From Lysobacterales bacterium (GTDB taxonomy: Bacteria; Pseudomonadota; Gammaproteobacteria; Xanthomonadales; SZUA-5): DNA of 64,000 bases. The stretch is taken from NCBI GenBank assembly GCA_022844165.1, contig JALHMH010000018.1:1-64000 (forward strand), read 5' to 3'. Position numbers and translations under genes: made by a program. Positions 18,506 through 28,001 of this stretch are shown here, piece after piece (within the stretch, counting starts at the first letter, position 1; every line of letters begins with the position of its first letter). The notes below the pieces were generated by a model. It did not search any database and was not told the origin of the DNA. It saw nothing but the letters and a program-made list of their open reading frames with translations.

Positions 18506-19891
18506 TCACTTTCCGATACAAAATGAGGCGAAAATTTCGCCGAGCAATTGATCGCTGTCGACGCGACCAACGATATCGCCCAAATGCGCGTGAGCGTAGC
18601 GCAGCGATTCGGCGGCGAGTTCGCCAACCCCGTCGCTGGCCTGAGTCCGGGCCATCGCGATGTCGTTCTGGGCAAGCTCCAGAGCATGCAGATGGCGCGT
18701 CCGCGCGCTGAATGTGCCGTTCGCTGAGGTCACACCGGCACGCCCCAAAATGGCGTCGCGCAGCAGCTCCAATCCGGCTTCCTTGCGTGCACTCAAATGT
18801 ACGATCTCGATGCCCTCCCGCTGCTCGCGTCGCGGCGCCTCTTCCAGCAGATCGATCTTGTTTCGTACGACGATTGCATCGAGGTGCGTTGGTACCGGCT
18901 GCGATGAGGGATCGCCGGCATCGATGACCAGGAGCGCCAGGTCGGCGCGTTGCGCCTCTGCCTGGGCGCGGCGCATGCCTTCGCGCTCGATCGCATCGTC
19001 GCTGTGTTCGCGCAGGCCCGCGGTGTCGACGATCGTCACCGGCACGCCGCCAACATCGACCCATTCCCGCAACACATCGCGCGTAGTGCCGGCAACGGCG
19101 CTGACGATGGCGCGGTCACTGCCGGCCAGCGCGTTCAACAGGCTCGACTTGCCGACGTTCGGCGCGCCAAGAACCACGATATGGAGTCCATCGCGCAGCC
19201 GGCGACCGGTCCGCGCCGCCGCCAGCAGCGCCGTGAGATCGCTTTCGATGCTGGCAAAGCGCGCACGTACCTCCTCGGTCCGCAGAAAGTCGATTTCCTC
19301 TTCTGGAAAATCGATGGCGGCCTCAAGGTAAACGCGCAACTTCAGGACAGCGTCTGCCAACGCGTGCACACGCGCGCTGAAAACGCCATCGAGCGAACGC
19401 CGCGCCGCGCGCGCCGCTTCCATGCTGCCCGCAGCGATCAGATCGGCGACGGCTTCGGCTTGTATCAGGTCGAGCTTGCCATTGAGGTACGCACGCTCGC
19501 TGAACTCGCCCGGTCGCGCCGGCCGTGCACCCAGACTCAGGCAACGCTGGACCAGTGCCGCCAGAACCACGGGCGACCCATGCGCCTGCAATTCCACGAC
19601 ATCTTCCCCAGTAAACGAATTCGGTGCCGGAAAGGCCAACAACAAGCCATCGTCGATGACCTCGCCGTTGTCGGCTTTGAATCGCAGATAGTGCGCGTAC
19701 CGCGGTGTCGGACTCCGTCCGAGCACGGACGCAGCGATGGCCAAAGCATCGCGACCCGAAACGCGCACCACGCCAATGCCGCCGGCGCCGACGGGCGTCG
19801 CGATCGCCGCGATCGTCTCGAAACCTGCGGTCGCCGGAGACTGCGCGGCGAGGTCATTCCGTGGATTGGAGGGGTGCTCAGAATTCTTCAT
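18506..19891 (-). CDS. mnmE: tRNA modification GTPase MnmE
   Basis: TIAAIAT, SFTGEDVVE, GAPNVGKSS, GTTRD, DTAG, NKID, C-terminal FCIGK. Confidence 0.97.
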   Translation of the reverse strand: MKNSEHPSNPRNDLAAQSPATAGFETIAAIATPVGAGGIGVVRVSGRDALAIAASVLGRSPTPRYAHYLRFKADNGEVIDDGLLLAFPAPNSFTGEDVVELQAHGSPVVLAALVQRCLSLGARPARPGEFSERAYLNGKLDLIQAEAVADLIAAGSMEAARAARRSLDGVFSARVHALADAVLKLRVYLEAAIDFPEEEIDFLRTEEVRARFASIESDLTALLAAARTGRRLRDGLHIVVLGAPNVGKSSLLNALAGSDRAIVSAVAGTTRDVLREWVDVGGVPVTIVDTAGLREHSDDAIEREGMRRAQAEAQRADLALLVIDAGDPSSQPVPTHLDAIVVRNKIDLLEEAPRREQREGIEIVHLSARKEAGLELLRDAILGRAGVTSANGTFSARTRHLHALELAQNDIAMARTQASDGVGELAAESLRYAHAHLGDIVGRVDSDQLLGEIFASFCIGK

Positions 19892-19913
19892 TCGCGAAGT
19901 CGCTTCACCCCTC

Positions 19914-20360
19914 TCAAACATAGCCGGTGAAGCGAAACGCGCTTCCGGCAATCAAAAGCAGCGCTGCGATGACCAGTTGCAAAAGCAAACACAAACCCAG
20001 TCTCGGAATGCGCTCAGGACCCAGTGTCGGCAGCACTCTCGCGCGTTGGTACGCGTAGACCAGAAACGCAGTCAGCAGCAGCGAGAACTTCGTCAGAATG
20101 GCGGCACCATGCGGTAACTCGCGGTTGAACCACAACGCCGTCTCCGGCAACCAGTGGTAAGCCAGTACGCATCCCGTGAGCGTCGCAACAATCAGCGCCG
20201 GCAGCCCGAGGCGATCGAAGCGCCCAATCGCGTCGACCAACAATCGGGGATCGCGACTGCGCCACGCTTCCGGCAGATACCCGATGACCAGAACCGCAAG
20301 CCCGCCAAGCCAAACGGCCGCCGAGATACCGTGCAAGATCAGTAGCGCTCTGTGCGACAT
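19914..20360 (-). CDS. CopD-like integral membrane protein
   Basis: LHGISAAVWLGG first helix, four TMs; ATG abuts the stop of the upstream gene. Confidence 0.65.
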   Translation of the reverse strand: MSHRALLILHGISAAVWLGGLAVLVIGYLPEAWRSRDPRLLVDAIGRFDRLGLPALIVATLTGCVLAYHWLPETALWFNRELPHGAAILTKFSLLLTAFLVYAYQRARVLPTLGPERIPRLGLCLLLQLVIAALLLIAGSAFRFTGYV

Positions 20361-22295
20361 TCACTCGAATCCATTGGCGAACAGGTTTTCGCCGCTGGGC
20401 GCCAACCGTGCTCCTGTCAGCCGGGCGACCAACCCACTTTCGCCAGCGGCCGAGCTGCTACCCCAGGTCGGGACGTTGGTCGTTGGCACCGCGTTGCCCA
20501 ATGGCAGGTTGGCAGCATCGACGAGATTGGAGCCGACGGTAACAACAGCGTCAGGCGAAAACGCAATGCCTGACAGCCGCGTGTTGTCGCCCCCTGCGCC
20601 GGTCGAAGTGTCCCAGGCGCCGACGATCAATGAGCTGTAGCGCAGCCCGCTCAAGTCCGGCGTATAAACCCGCACGAACTGATTCCAGGCGCCCGCTGGT
20701 GGGTTACTCTGATTCGGGCGCGGCATCAGTTGAAATGCATCGGTGGTGGTTATCGTTCGCCGACCTTTGCACAACACGCCAACGGCACCATCCGTAGCAA
20801 TGGCGATTTCGCCGGAGAACCCGGCATCTGCGCCGCAGCGAGTGGTGTTCACGTCTGGCCATCCCGCGTTTGGGTTAGGCCAGCCGCCGAGCAGCGGATC
20901 CGGGTGAGCGGCGCCGTAGTTGTTGCCGCCTTCGACGAACTCAGCCAAATAGGTTGCGGCAAGTACGCGCCCGTCGTTGAGGCGAAAACTACCCAGCCAG
21001 CTGATGTGGATATTGCCATTGGTCCCGGTAAACTGATTCTGAAATCCGTTGCTGCCAGAACTGGCAGCGAGCGCATTGCCGCGCCAGAAGTTGATCGTAT
21101 TATTGCCGTGCGTGCGCGCCAGTACGATCAGGCGGTTTTGCCCATGGTCGATGGCCAGGCCATCAACATATTGATCCGGAGAAGAGTTGGCCGAGGTCTC
21201 CTGATACAACCGATCCCACCAACGCAACTGCCCATTCGCCGTCATTGCGACCACCGCCGGTTCGAAATCCGGATTGCCGCCGGGCAACACCGATTGCGTG
21301 CTATAGCCGAAATACAAGTCGCCGTTGCGGCGATCGAGCGTGATCGCGCCAACACGCTGCGTACGTGCCGAGTTGGCGCGATAGCCGGTGTATCCTGGGC
21401 CTGTATTCGGACATGTGTTCGTGCCCGCCAGCGCGCACGCACCGGTGTGGTAATAGTCGTCTGGGAATTTGCCCTGGCGGCCCGCGTTGCCATTGGCGTC
21501 GCTGCCGAGCAGCGCATAGTCGGCGGCGTTGATCGAACGTAAGCTGCCGCGCCGATTAACCTTCATCACCACTGCGCTGTATCGAAGCGGCGCGCTCGCG
21601 GCGTTCGGATAACTCGATGCCGGCGTGCCATCCCATTCGCTGAAATTGCCCTCGCTGCCATGCCAATGCGCGTGCCAATGTTCGATCACGCGGCGCCCAC
21701 CGCTGGCGTCGATCGTCTCGATTGCAGCCCAGTTGGTATCGAAGCCGCGGCCCGTGGCATAGAACACATTACCCTGCCCATCCACATCCCACGGCTGGCG
21801 ATCCTTGTGATCGCCGCTCGCGCGAACGTTGAAGATCATCGCAACACCGCTCGGTGGCGCCGATACGAAGTTCCCGTTGAGCCTCGCCAGGTAATAACCA
21901 TCATTGGTCGAGCCATCGCGGCTGCCGGAGATAAAAACGTTCCCAGTGGGACTTCCAGGCACTTCCGTTGTGCGAATCTTGAACACATCGCGCACGGTGC
22001 CGTTGGGAAAGTGCACAACCCGCAATGGCGTCGCCAGATCGGCCGACACGTGCAGTACGAATCCCACGTTACCGGCCGAAGTCGAGTCGATACCGGTCGC
22101 AGTCAAGGCAATGCGCGGTAGCGATGGTGCGAGCCAATTGAGGTTTTGCGCCTGTCCAGCAATCAGATACGTGCCATCGGACAGCCGATGCACGTCATTG
22201 AAACGCTCTCGTTCTGCTGCGCCGGCGAAAAACACGCGGTTCTGCGCAGATGCCACGCTCGTGATCGACAGCAATACGAACCAAAGCCAGCGCAT
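20361..22295 (-). CDS. Secreted uncharacterised beta-rich protein with C-terminal LFANGFE
   Basis: Signal peptide MRWLWFVLLSITSVASA; Gly/Asn/Trp-rich with propeller-like strands; ends ENLFANGFE. Confidence 0.75.
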   Translation of the reverse strand: MRWLWFVLLSITSVASAQNRVFFAGAAERERFNDVHRLSDGTYLIAGQAQNLNWLAPSLPRIALTATGIDSTSAGNVGFVLHVSADLATPLRVVHFPNGTVRDVFKIRTTEVPGSPTGNVFISGSRDGSTNDGYYLARLNGNFVSAPPSGVAMIFNVRASGDHKDRQPWDVDGQGNVFYATGRGFDTNWAAIETIDASGGRRVIEHWHAHWHGSEGNFSEWDGTPASSYPNAASAPLRYSAVVMKVNRRGSLRSINAADYALLGSDANGNAGRQGKFPDDYYHTGACALAGTNTCPNTGPGYTGYRANSARTQRVGAITLDRRNGDLYFGYSTQSVLPGGNPDFEPAVVAMTANGQLRWWDRLYQETSANSSPDQYVDGLAIDHGQNRLIVLARTHGNNTINFWRGNALAASSGSNGFQNQFTGTNGNIHISWLGSFRLNDGRVLAATYLAEFVEGGNNYGAAHPDPLLGGWPNPNAGWPDVNTTRCGADAGFSGEIAIATDGAVGVLCKGRRTITTTDAFQLMPRPNQSNPPAGAWNQFVRVYTPDLSGLRYSSLIVGAWDTSTGAGGDNTRLSGIAFSPDAVVTVGSNLVDAANLPLGNAVPTTNVPTWGSSSAAGESGLVARLTGARLAPSGENLFANGFE

Positions 22296-22419
22296 ATCGG
22301 ACCTGAGGAGCAGCGACGGCTGTAACGCTATCAGACGCCACTTTCGTCGGCGATAGCCGTGTTGTGAAGCCCGTCGCGCTCAGCGCTTCCGCCCGCGGCG
22401 GGCATCGGTCAAGCCCGAG

Positions 22420-23046
22420 CTACACCGGCTTAACGGACTGCTCGGCACGGCGATCCATCACGGCATCGATCAAGCCATAGGCTTTCGCATCCTCCGCACT
22501 CAGGAACTTATCGCGATCGGTGTCGTTGGCGATACGGTCGATCGGCTGCCCGGTGTGGTGCGCGAGAATCCGATTGAGACGCTCGCGGATCAGAAGGATT
22601 TCACGGGCATGGATATCAATGTCAGATGCCTGTCCGGAAAAACCACCGAGCGGCTGATGGATCATGACGCGCGAGTTGGGCAGGCAGTAGCGTTTGCCCG
22701 CTGCACCCGCCGCGAGCAACACCGCACCCATGCTGGCTGCCTGGCCGATGCACATGGTGCTGACCGCTGGTTTGACGAACTGCATGGTGTCGTAGATTGC
22801 CATGCCGGCAGTGACATGGCCGCCCGGGCTATTGATGTACAGACTGATGTCCTTGTCCGGATTTTCCGACTCCAGAAACAACAGCTGCGCAACGATGACG
22901 TTGGCCATGTAGTCATCGATCGGGCCTACGCAAAAAATCACGCGCTCTTTGAGAAGGCGCGAATAAATGTCGTACGCACGCTCGCCGCGCGCGCTTTGTT
23001 CAACAACGATAGGAACGAGGTTCAGCGCTCGAACGTCGTGGGACAT
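22420..23046 (-). CDS. clpP: ATP-dependent Clp protease proteolytic subunit
   Basis: [39 protein letters not shown]. Confidence 0.98.
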   Translation of the reverse strand: MSHDVRALNLVPIVVEQSARGERAYDIYSRLLKERVIFCVGPIDDYMANVIVAQLLFLESENPDKDISLYINSPGGHVTAGMAIYDTMQFVKPAVSTMCIGQAASMGAVLLAAGAAGKRYCLPNSRVMIHQPLGGFSGQASDIDIHAREILLIRERLNRILAHHTGQPIDRIANDTDRDKFLSAEDAKAYGLIDAVMDRRAEQSVKPV

Positions 23047-23180
23047 GGATAGAGCTCCGCATGAGGGTTGGGAGCAGTATGCCTTCTTGCGTGTGGCGGC
23101 GTTGTCTTTAAATTTTCGCAACGATCAGCACGCGCGAGGCGCCGCGTGCTGCGGCGCCCCACGAAACGGACAACGGCGGC

Positions 23181-24494
23181 TTAGCTCGCGACGCCAGGTT
23201 GCAGCAGTTCCTGGAAGGTGCGCTCAACGCGCGTCGTTTGCGCGTGGTCGGCGATCCACTCGGCTACTTGTTCATCCATCACGCGCGAACGCAGACCTTG
23301 CATCAAACGCTGATCTTGCTGATACATCTGCACGACTTCGTTGGGATCTTCATAGGTCGATGCGATCGCTGCCAACGCTGCACGCACACGGTTTTCGTCG
23401 AGGCGAAGGCTGTGTTGCAGTGCGATCTCGTTGAGCAGCAAACCGGCGCGCACGCGCTTGCGTGCGATCTCGCGTAAGCTCTCGACAGCCGGCTCAGGCG
23501 GTACCGGCTGATTGGCACGCCGCGCGCGCTCCGTGTTCTCGGCGATCGCCTGGCGCTGGATGGCATGCGCTTCTTCGGTCACCAACGATTCGGGCACCTT
23601 GGTGCCTTCGAATTTTGCGAGCAGTTTCTCGACCACAGCCGTGCGCAGACGCATCGACAAGGTCTGCTTCAACTCGCGCTCGAGGTTGCCGCGCACTTCT
23701 CGACGGAAGGCTTCGACACCGCCGCCCACGTTGAAGCTGGCGGCAAAGGCATCGTCGACGTCGGGCATGACACCTTCATTCACCCGCGTTACGGTGACGG
23801 TGATCGAGGCCGTTTTTCCGGCAAGGCGCTCGTCCCGATAGTCGTCCGGGAAGGTGGTGCCAATGGTCTTGGTTTCACCAGCCGAGAGGCCAATCAATGC
23901 TTCCTCGATTTCTGGCAGCACCGCTTTCTGGCCAATTGCCGTCAGTCCGCGCTCCAAACCTTGCTCCGGAATCCGCACGCCCTCGCCTTCGATGGAGAAC
24001 TCAAAGGCCACATAGTCACCAGACTGCGCCGCTCGCTCGGCGGGTTTGAACGACATCCGCTGGCGCCGAAGGGTGTCGATCATGCGATCGATATCGGCAT
24101 CGCCGACATCGGCCACTTCGCGCTCGACTGCAATATCCGACACGTCGATCGTATCGAATTCCGGCAGCACATCGAAGGTGGCTTCGTAGCTGAAATCGCC
24201 TTCGTTGCTCGGCGGCGTGATGCGCGGAGACAGCGCCGGGCGCAGCTTCTCCTGGCTCACCGCCTGCGACAGGCTTTCGCGAACCAACTCCTGCATGACC
24301 TCATCGCGCAACTGCTGGCCGTAGCGCTGCTCGATGATCATCGGCGGCACTTTGCCCTGACGGAAACCTTGCAGACGTACCGTCTTCGACAGCTCGCGGA
24401 TACGCGCGTGGATGCCGTCGGTGAAACGTTCACGCGGCAGGACGATTTTCAAGCGGCGTCCGAAGTCGTCAATTTTTTCAACTGAAACCTGCAT
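23181..24494 (-). CDS. tig: Trigger factor
   Basis: MQVSVE start, GFRQGKVP ribosome-binding motif, FKBP-like middle domain; upstream of clpP. Confidence 0.96.
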   Translation of the reverse strand: MQVSVEKIDDFGRRLKIVLPRERFTDGIHARIRELSKTVRLQGFRQGKVPPMIIEQRYGQQLRDEVMQELVRESLSQAVSQEKLRPALSPRITPPSNEGDFSYEATFDVLPEFDTIDVSDIAVEREVADVGDADIDRMIDTLRRQRMSFKPAERAAQSGDYVAFEFSIEGEGVRIPEQGLERGLTAIGQKAVLPEIEEALIGLSAGETKTIGTTFPDDYRDERLAGKTASITVTVTRVNEGVMPDVDDAFAASFNVGGGVEAFRREVRGNLERELKQTLSMRLRTAVVEKLLAKFEGTKVPESLVTEEAHAIQRQAIAENTERARRANQPVPPEPAVESLREIARKRVRAGLLLNEIALQHSLRLDENRVRAALAAIASTYEDPNEVVQMYQQDQRLMQGLRSRVMDEQVAEWIADHAQTTRVERTFQELLQPGVAS

Positions 24495-24543
24495 GCAAAG
24501 CCTCCAAACAAATTCTGGCCAGCGCCGAACGGCGCGAGCGACT

Positions 24544-24628
24544 TGGTGCGAAAGGAGAGACTCGAACTCTCACGGGTTGCCCCACTGGATTCTAAGTCCA
24601 GCGCGTCTACCAGTTTCGCCACTCTCGC
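24544..24628 (-). tRNA. tRNA-Leu(TAG)
   Basis: GCGAGAGTGGCGAAACTGGTAGACGCGCTGGA-CTTAGAA-TCCAG, long variable arm, GTTCGAG, ends CCA. Confidence 0.95.
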
Positions 24629-24743
24629 GGTGTAGCTGTCGAACGTCGAAGTCAAAGTGCCGGCAGATCGCAAACCCGCCAAAGTCCAGCCCGATCATGT
24701 GCCACCGACGACTTCACTTCCAACCATCGCGTGTAGCGCGATT

Positions 24744-24818
24744 TGGTGGGCTGTCAGGGACTCGAACCCCGAACCTACTGATTAAGAGTCAGCTGCTCTA
24801 CCATTGAGCTAACAGCCC
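24744..24818 (-). tRNA. tRNA-Lys(CTT)
   Basis: GGGCTGTTAGCTCAATGGTAGAGCAGCTGA-CTCTTAA-TCAGT...GTTCGAG...CCA. Confidence 0.95.
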
Positions 24819-24860
24819 GTACTACGGTCGGGCATCGACTTGTGGTCGCAACCCAAAAAA

Positions 24861-24937
24861 TGGGGCGGATAACGGGGATCGAACCCGTGACACCTGGAAT
24901 CACAATCCAGTGCTCTACCGACTGAGCTATATCCACC
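24861..24937 (-). tRNA. tRNA-His(GTG)
   Basis: GGTGGATATAGCTCAGTCGGTAGAGCACTGGA-TTGTGAT-TCCAG...GTTCGAT...CCA, including G-1. Confidence 0.95.
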
Positions 24938-25000
24938 ATCGGCATTTCCAAAACGGCAACTGCTGCACCGCGGCCGCGCTGGCTGCAATACAGCGATACG

Positions 25001-25077
25001 TGGCGCGCCCGACAGGAATCGAACCTGCAACCCCCGGCTTAGAAGGCCGGTGCTCTATCCGGTTGAGCTACGGGCAC
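25001..25077 (-). tRNA. tRNA-Arg(TCT)
   Basis: GTGCCCGTAGCTCAACCGGATAGAGCACCGGC-CTTCTAA-GCCGG...GTTCGAT...CCA. Confidence 0.95.
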
Positions 25078-25114
25078 GTTTATTCGTACGCCGCTCATTC
25101 TACTTCCAGGAGCA

Positions 25115-25191
25115 TGGTCGGGGCAGAGGGATTCGAACCCCCGACTTTCAGCGCCCAAGGCTGACGCGCTACCAGACTGCGCTATACCCCG
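25115..25191 (-). tRNA. tRNA-Pro(TGG)
   Basis: CGGGGTATAGCGCAGTCTGGTAGCGCGTCAGC-CTTGGGC-GCTGA...GTTCGAA...CCA. Confidence 0.93.
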
Positions 25192-25336
25192 ATGCTCCAC
25201 CGCAATTCGAGCCAGCCACGCTGGATCGAACACTTAAATGACCGATTCGCTTCCGCTGATCGGTCAAAACCCACCGTCCATGGCAGGGTTCCACAACGCA
25301 CAACGCCCGAGCGGAGCCGGGCGTCGGGAGGGCATT

Positions 25337-25413
25337 TGGCGCGCCCGGAAGGATTCGAACCTCCGACCACCTGGTTCGTAGCCAGGTACTCTATCCAACT
25401 GAGCTACGGGCGC
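25337..25413 (-). tRNA. tRNA-Arg(ACG)
   Basis: GCGCCCGTAGCTCAGTTGGATAGAGTACCTGG-CTACGAA-CCAGG...GTTCGAA...CCA. Confidence 0.95.
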
Positions 25414-25477
25414 TCGTAAGACGCGGAAGTATCCTTGGCGACCACGGAGCCGTCAAGTCGGCGGCGCAACGCCATGT

Positions 25478-26359
25478 TCAGCGAACGCGCAGCCAGAAGC
25501 TGCCGCCGCTCATGCCATGTCCATCGGGCCTGTTCAGTGCCGCGATCACTTCCTCACCCAGAACCGCAGCCGCATAGGCAGACCCGAACAGCACCTCAAA
25601 GCGCGTCGAGTACATCAGCAGGGCCTGCAAGACGTATTGTTCATTCCAACTGCGGTTCTCGTCGATGACCCAGACTTTGGGGTACTCGAGCGGCAGAAAA
25701 ATATCGTGCACGTGGATCAACACACCTGGCGCCAGGCGCGGCAGTACGTCGAAGAACAAGAAGTTCACATCACTGCCGGTTTTGGCGACGTGCGAGCTGT
25801 CGATGAACAGCACATCGCCGGCGCCAAGTCCTTCGAAGATCTGGGCTGGCAAGTTCTCAGCACGCTCGACAAGCAACTCATGGATACCCGGCACCCCGCG
25901 CAGTAAGAAAGCGCGCGGGTAGGGCTCGATGCAACAGAACCGAGAACCGGGCAGGTATCGCTGTGCGACATCAGCGATCAACAAAGATGAAAAGCCAGAA
26001 CCGACTTCGATGATCCGACGTGGACGGAGATGGCGCAGGATCACGTAGAGCGCGCGTGGATCCAACCAGCTGAACTGGTCGTTATTGTGGAAGTAAGACG
26101 TTGGCTCGTGCACATCGCCTTCGTCCGGATAGTCGTAATCCGGCAAGTAAAGGGGGAACCATTCCCGCAGGATTTGCCGATGGCGTTCGTGCTGGAAGTC
26201 GATTCCTGCCAAATCGCGGCGAGCCGCGAACAGTGTCTCGCTCAAGGTGGCTGGATCGACGATCGGCGAATAGAAATGACCGATTGGAAACGCGATCTTC
26301 AGTTGCGGCGGCAAGGTCTCCGCGGTCTGCTCCGGTGTTGAGTCCGGCTCGTTCACCAT
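25478..26359 (-). CDS. Class I SAM-dependent methyltransferase (Methyltransf_24-like)
   Basis: IIEVGSGFSS, CIEPYP, LFIDSSH, HVHDIFLP, WNEQY motifs. Confidence 0.88.
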   Translation of the reverse strand: MVNEPDSTPEQTAETLPPQLKIAFPIGHFYSPIVDPATLSETLFAARRDLAGIDFQHERHRQILREWFPLYLPDYDYPDEGDVHEPTSYFHNNDQFSWLDPRALYVILRHLRPRRIIEVGSGFSSLLIADVAQRYLPGSRFCCIEPYPRAFLLRGVPGIHELLVERAENLPAQIFEGLGAGDVLFIDSSHVAKTGSDVNFLFFDVLPRLAPGVLIHVHDIFLPLEYPKVWVIDENRSWNEQYVLQALLMYSTRFEVLFGSAYAAAVLGEEVIAALNRPDGHGMSGGSFWLRVR

Positions 26360-26844
26360 GCCTGCCCAGCCTCGAGAATGGCCGCATCGTGATCCGCACG
26401 AGCGGCGGCGAGCATCGCCTCATGGTTGGTTTGCGCCGCCGTGCGGCAATTGTCGGCCTGATCGGCCGGCACCTGCATGCACAGCTTCATTTCTTTCTCA
26501 AACTGGCGGTTGGCCGCGTTGTTTGCCAGCGCCAGAGCCTTCTTCGCCTCAGCTGTTCGTGCGCTGATCTCGAATTCGCGGCGTTGGCCCTCGGGAATCT
26601 CATACACGCTGCCTTCGGGGGCCGGCGCCAGCGCAGTATCGGCAATCGGCGGTGGCGCCGCGACCGATGGCGGCGCTGCCGCTACCGTCGCCACAGCCGG
26701 CTCGGCAGGTTCCGGTGCTACGACCGGAGCAATAGGCTGCGGCGCCGGCGATGGCGTTTCCCGCTCGCAGCCCCCGGCACAGAGCATCGTGGCGATCAGT
26801 ACGACGCGTTTAGACCGACGCCAGCTCACCTTCGAATCCGTCAT
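26353..26844 (-). CDS. Hypothetical lipoprotein with Pro/Ala-rich linker
   Basis: Basic N-terminus, hydrophobic stretch, AGGC lipobox-like site, PA-rich linker, helical C-domain with two Cys; overlaps both neighbours. Confidence 0.6.
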   Translation of the reverse strand: MTDSKVSWRRSKRVVLIATMLCAGGCERETPSPAPQPIAPVVAPEPAEPAVATVAAAPPSVAAPPPIADTALAPAPEGSVYEIPEGQRREFEISARTAEAKKALALANNAANRQFEKEMKLCMQVPADQADNCRTAAQTNHEAMLAAARADHDAAILEAGQAW

Positions 26845-27067
26845 CGCGATCTTCCTTCAGCCAGGCATCGATGCGTTGGACAACCGATCGCGCTTGTGGT
26901 TCGGCGCTGTCGGGCACTTTGATTTCGATCAACCCAGATACCGGTAACTCGCCCATCGCACCGGTGAGTGCCACGCCGACTATGAACGCCGGGATGTCAG
27001 CTGATTCGAGCGCGTCCTTGACGAGTTGAGCGTCGATGACATTCTCGGCCTGATAGACAGTGCGCAT
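26810..27067 (-). CDS. DUF2007 (putative signal-transducing) family protein
   Basis: MRTVYQAENVIDAQLVKDALESADIPAFIVG...GELP...IKV pattern. Confidence 0.8.
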   Translation of the reverse strand: MRTVYQAENVIDAQLVKDALESADIPAFIVGVALTGAMGELPVSGLIEIKVPDSAEPQARSVVQRIDAWLKEDRDDGFEGELASV

Positions 27068-27113
27068 ACGTGATCGCAGCCACAATAGTGCCTGCACTGT
27101 ATCATCGATACGT

Positions 27114-27500
27114 ATGCAAGCACGCTTACAACGACTGCTTCTCGAAGTGGCGACAACCGATACGCACGCGATTTTCGATACACAGGGTTGGCGCAGCAAA
27201 TGCCTGCACTGCAAGACGCCCGTCGGTTTGACCCCGGACGGCACGCCGTGGCCTGGCACCACACTCGAACATATTGTGCCGCGCTCCTGGTTCAAACGCC
27301 CGGCGGCGCGCGTGTTGACCCGCGCCTTCGTCTCACCCGACGATCTTCGCAATCTGGCGCTGGCATGCGCGCGCTGCAATCACGGCAAAGGCCGGCGCAT
27401 CGATGTCGCGGGCCCGGCCAACGCCCGCGCGCTTGATGTTGTTGTCGCGCTTCTGGCAGCACGCGCGGCGCGCTGGCGCACCGTCGCTGAGAGTCGATGA
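27114..27500 (+). CDS. Stand-alone HNH endonuclease
   Basis: CLHC...TLEHIVPRS...NLALACARCNHGKG zinc-binding HNH motif. Confidence 0.85.
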   Translation: MQARLQRLLLEVATTDTHAIFDTQGWRSKCLHCKTPVGLTPDGTPWPGTTLEHIVPRSWFKRPAARVLTRAFVSPDDLRNLALACARCNHGKGRRIDVAGPANARALDVVVALLAARAARWRTVAESR

Positions 27501-27590
27501 ACAAGCCGGACCCGGTTTTCGAGCGCTTCACCCCGAAACGCCGTGCCTCAACAATGCGAGCTTATCGGTATGCGGCAAAGGCGGACCAGC

Positions 27591-27869
27591 TCAGTTCGCC
27601 TCAACCGCATCGATTTTTTCGCGACGCACGACAATACTGTTGTATTGCTGGTTGGCCATCACGATGGCGTCCGGGCCAATCGCTTTGACGACGCCTGCGA
27701 TAGACTCGCCACCGACGTGAACCACGACACCGCGCTTGTTGGCGTGGCTGGCCTTCAGCAACTTGGCGACCTCTCGTTCGAAAGTGTCGGCGGCGGCGAC
27801 GTCCTGGGCTTGGATGGATGAGCTGGTCACAGCAGCGGCACTCAGCAGAATGGCGGTGAAAAATCGCAT
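27591..27869 (-). CDS. Small secreted hypothetical protein (possible Sm-like fold)
   Basis: GGAG RBS; signal peptide MRFFTAILLSAAAVTSSSIQA; helix followed by about five short beta strands. Confidence 0.7.
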   Translation of the reverse strand: MRFFTAILLSAAAVTSSSIQAQDVAAADTFEREVAKLLKASHANKRGVVVHVGGESIAGVVKAIGPDAIVMANQQYNSIVVRREKIDAVEAN

Positions 27870-28001
27870 ATCTGTCTCCGGTTGGCGTTCGTTCGTTTCA
27901 TCTCGGCGCATTCTCTGTAAGAACGTGATGGAGCGCAAAAGCGGTCATGGCCCTGGCGCGAGAGAATTCACGTATTCATCTTCATCGAACAGGGGAGCGT
28001 C

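Noticed and set aside
24544-25413. tRNA cluster as an integration site for a genomic island
   Set aside because: No integrase and no duplicated tRNA 3' end were seen in the window.
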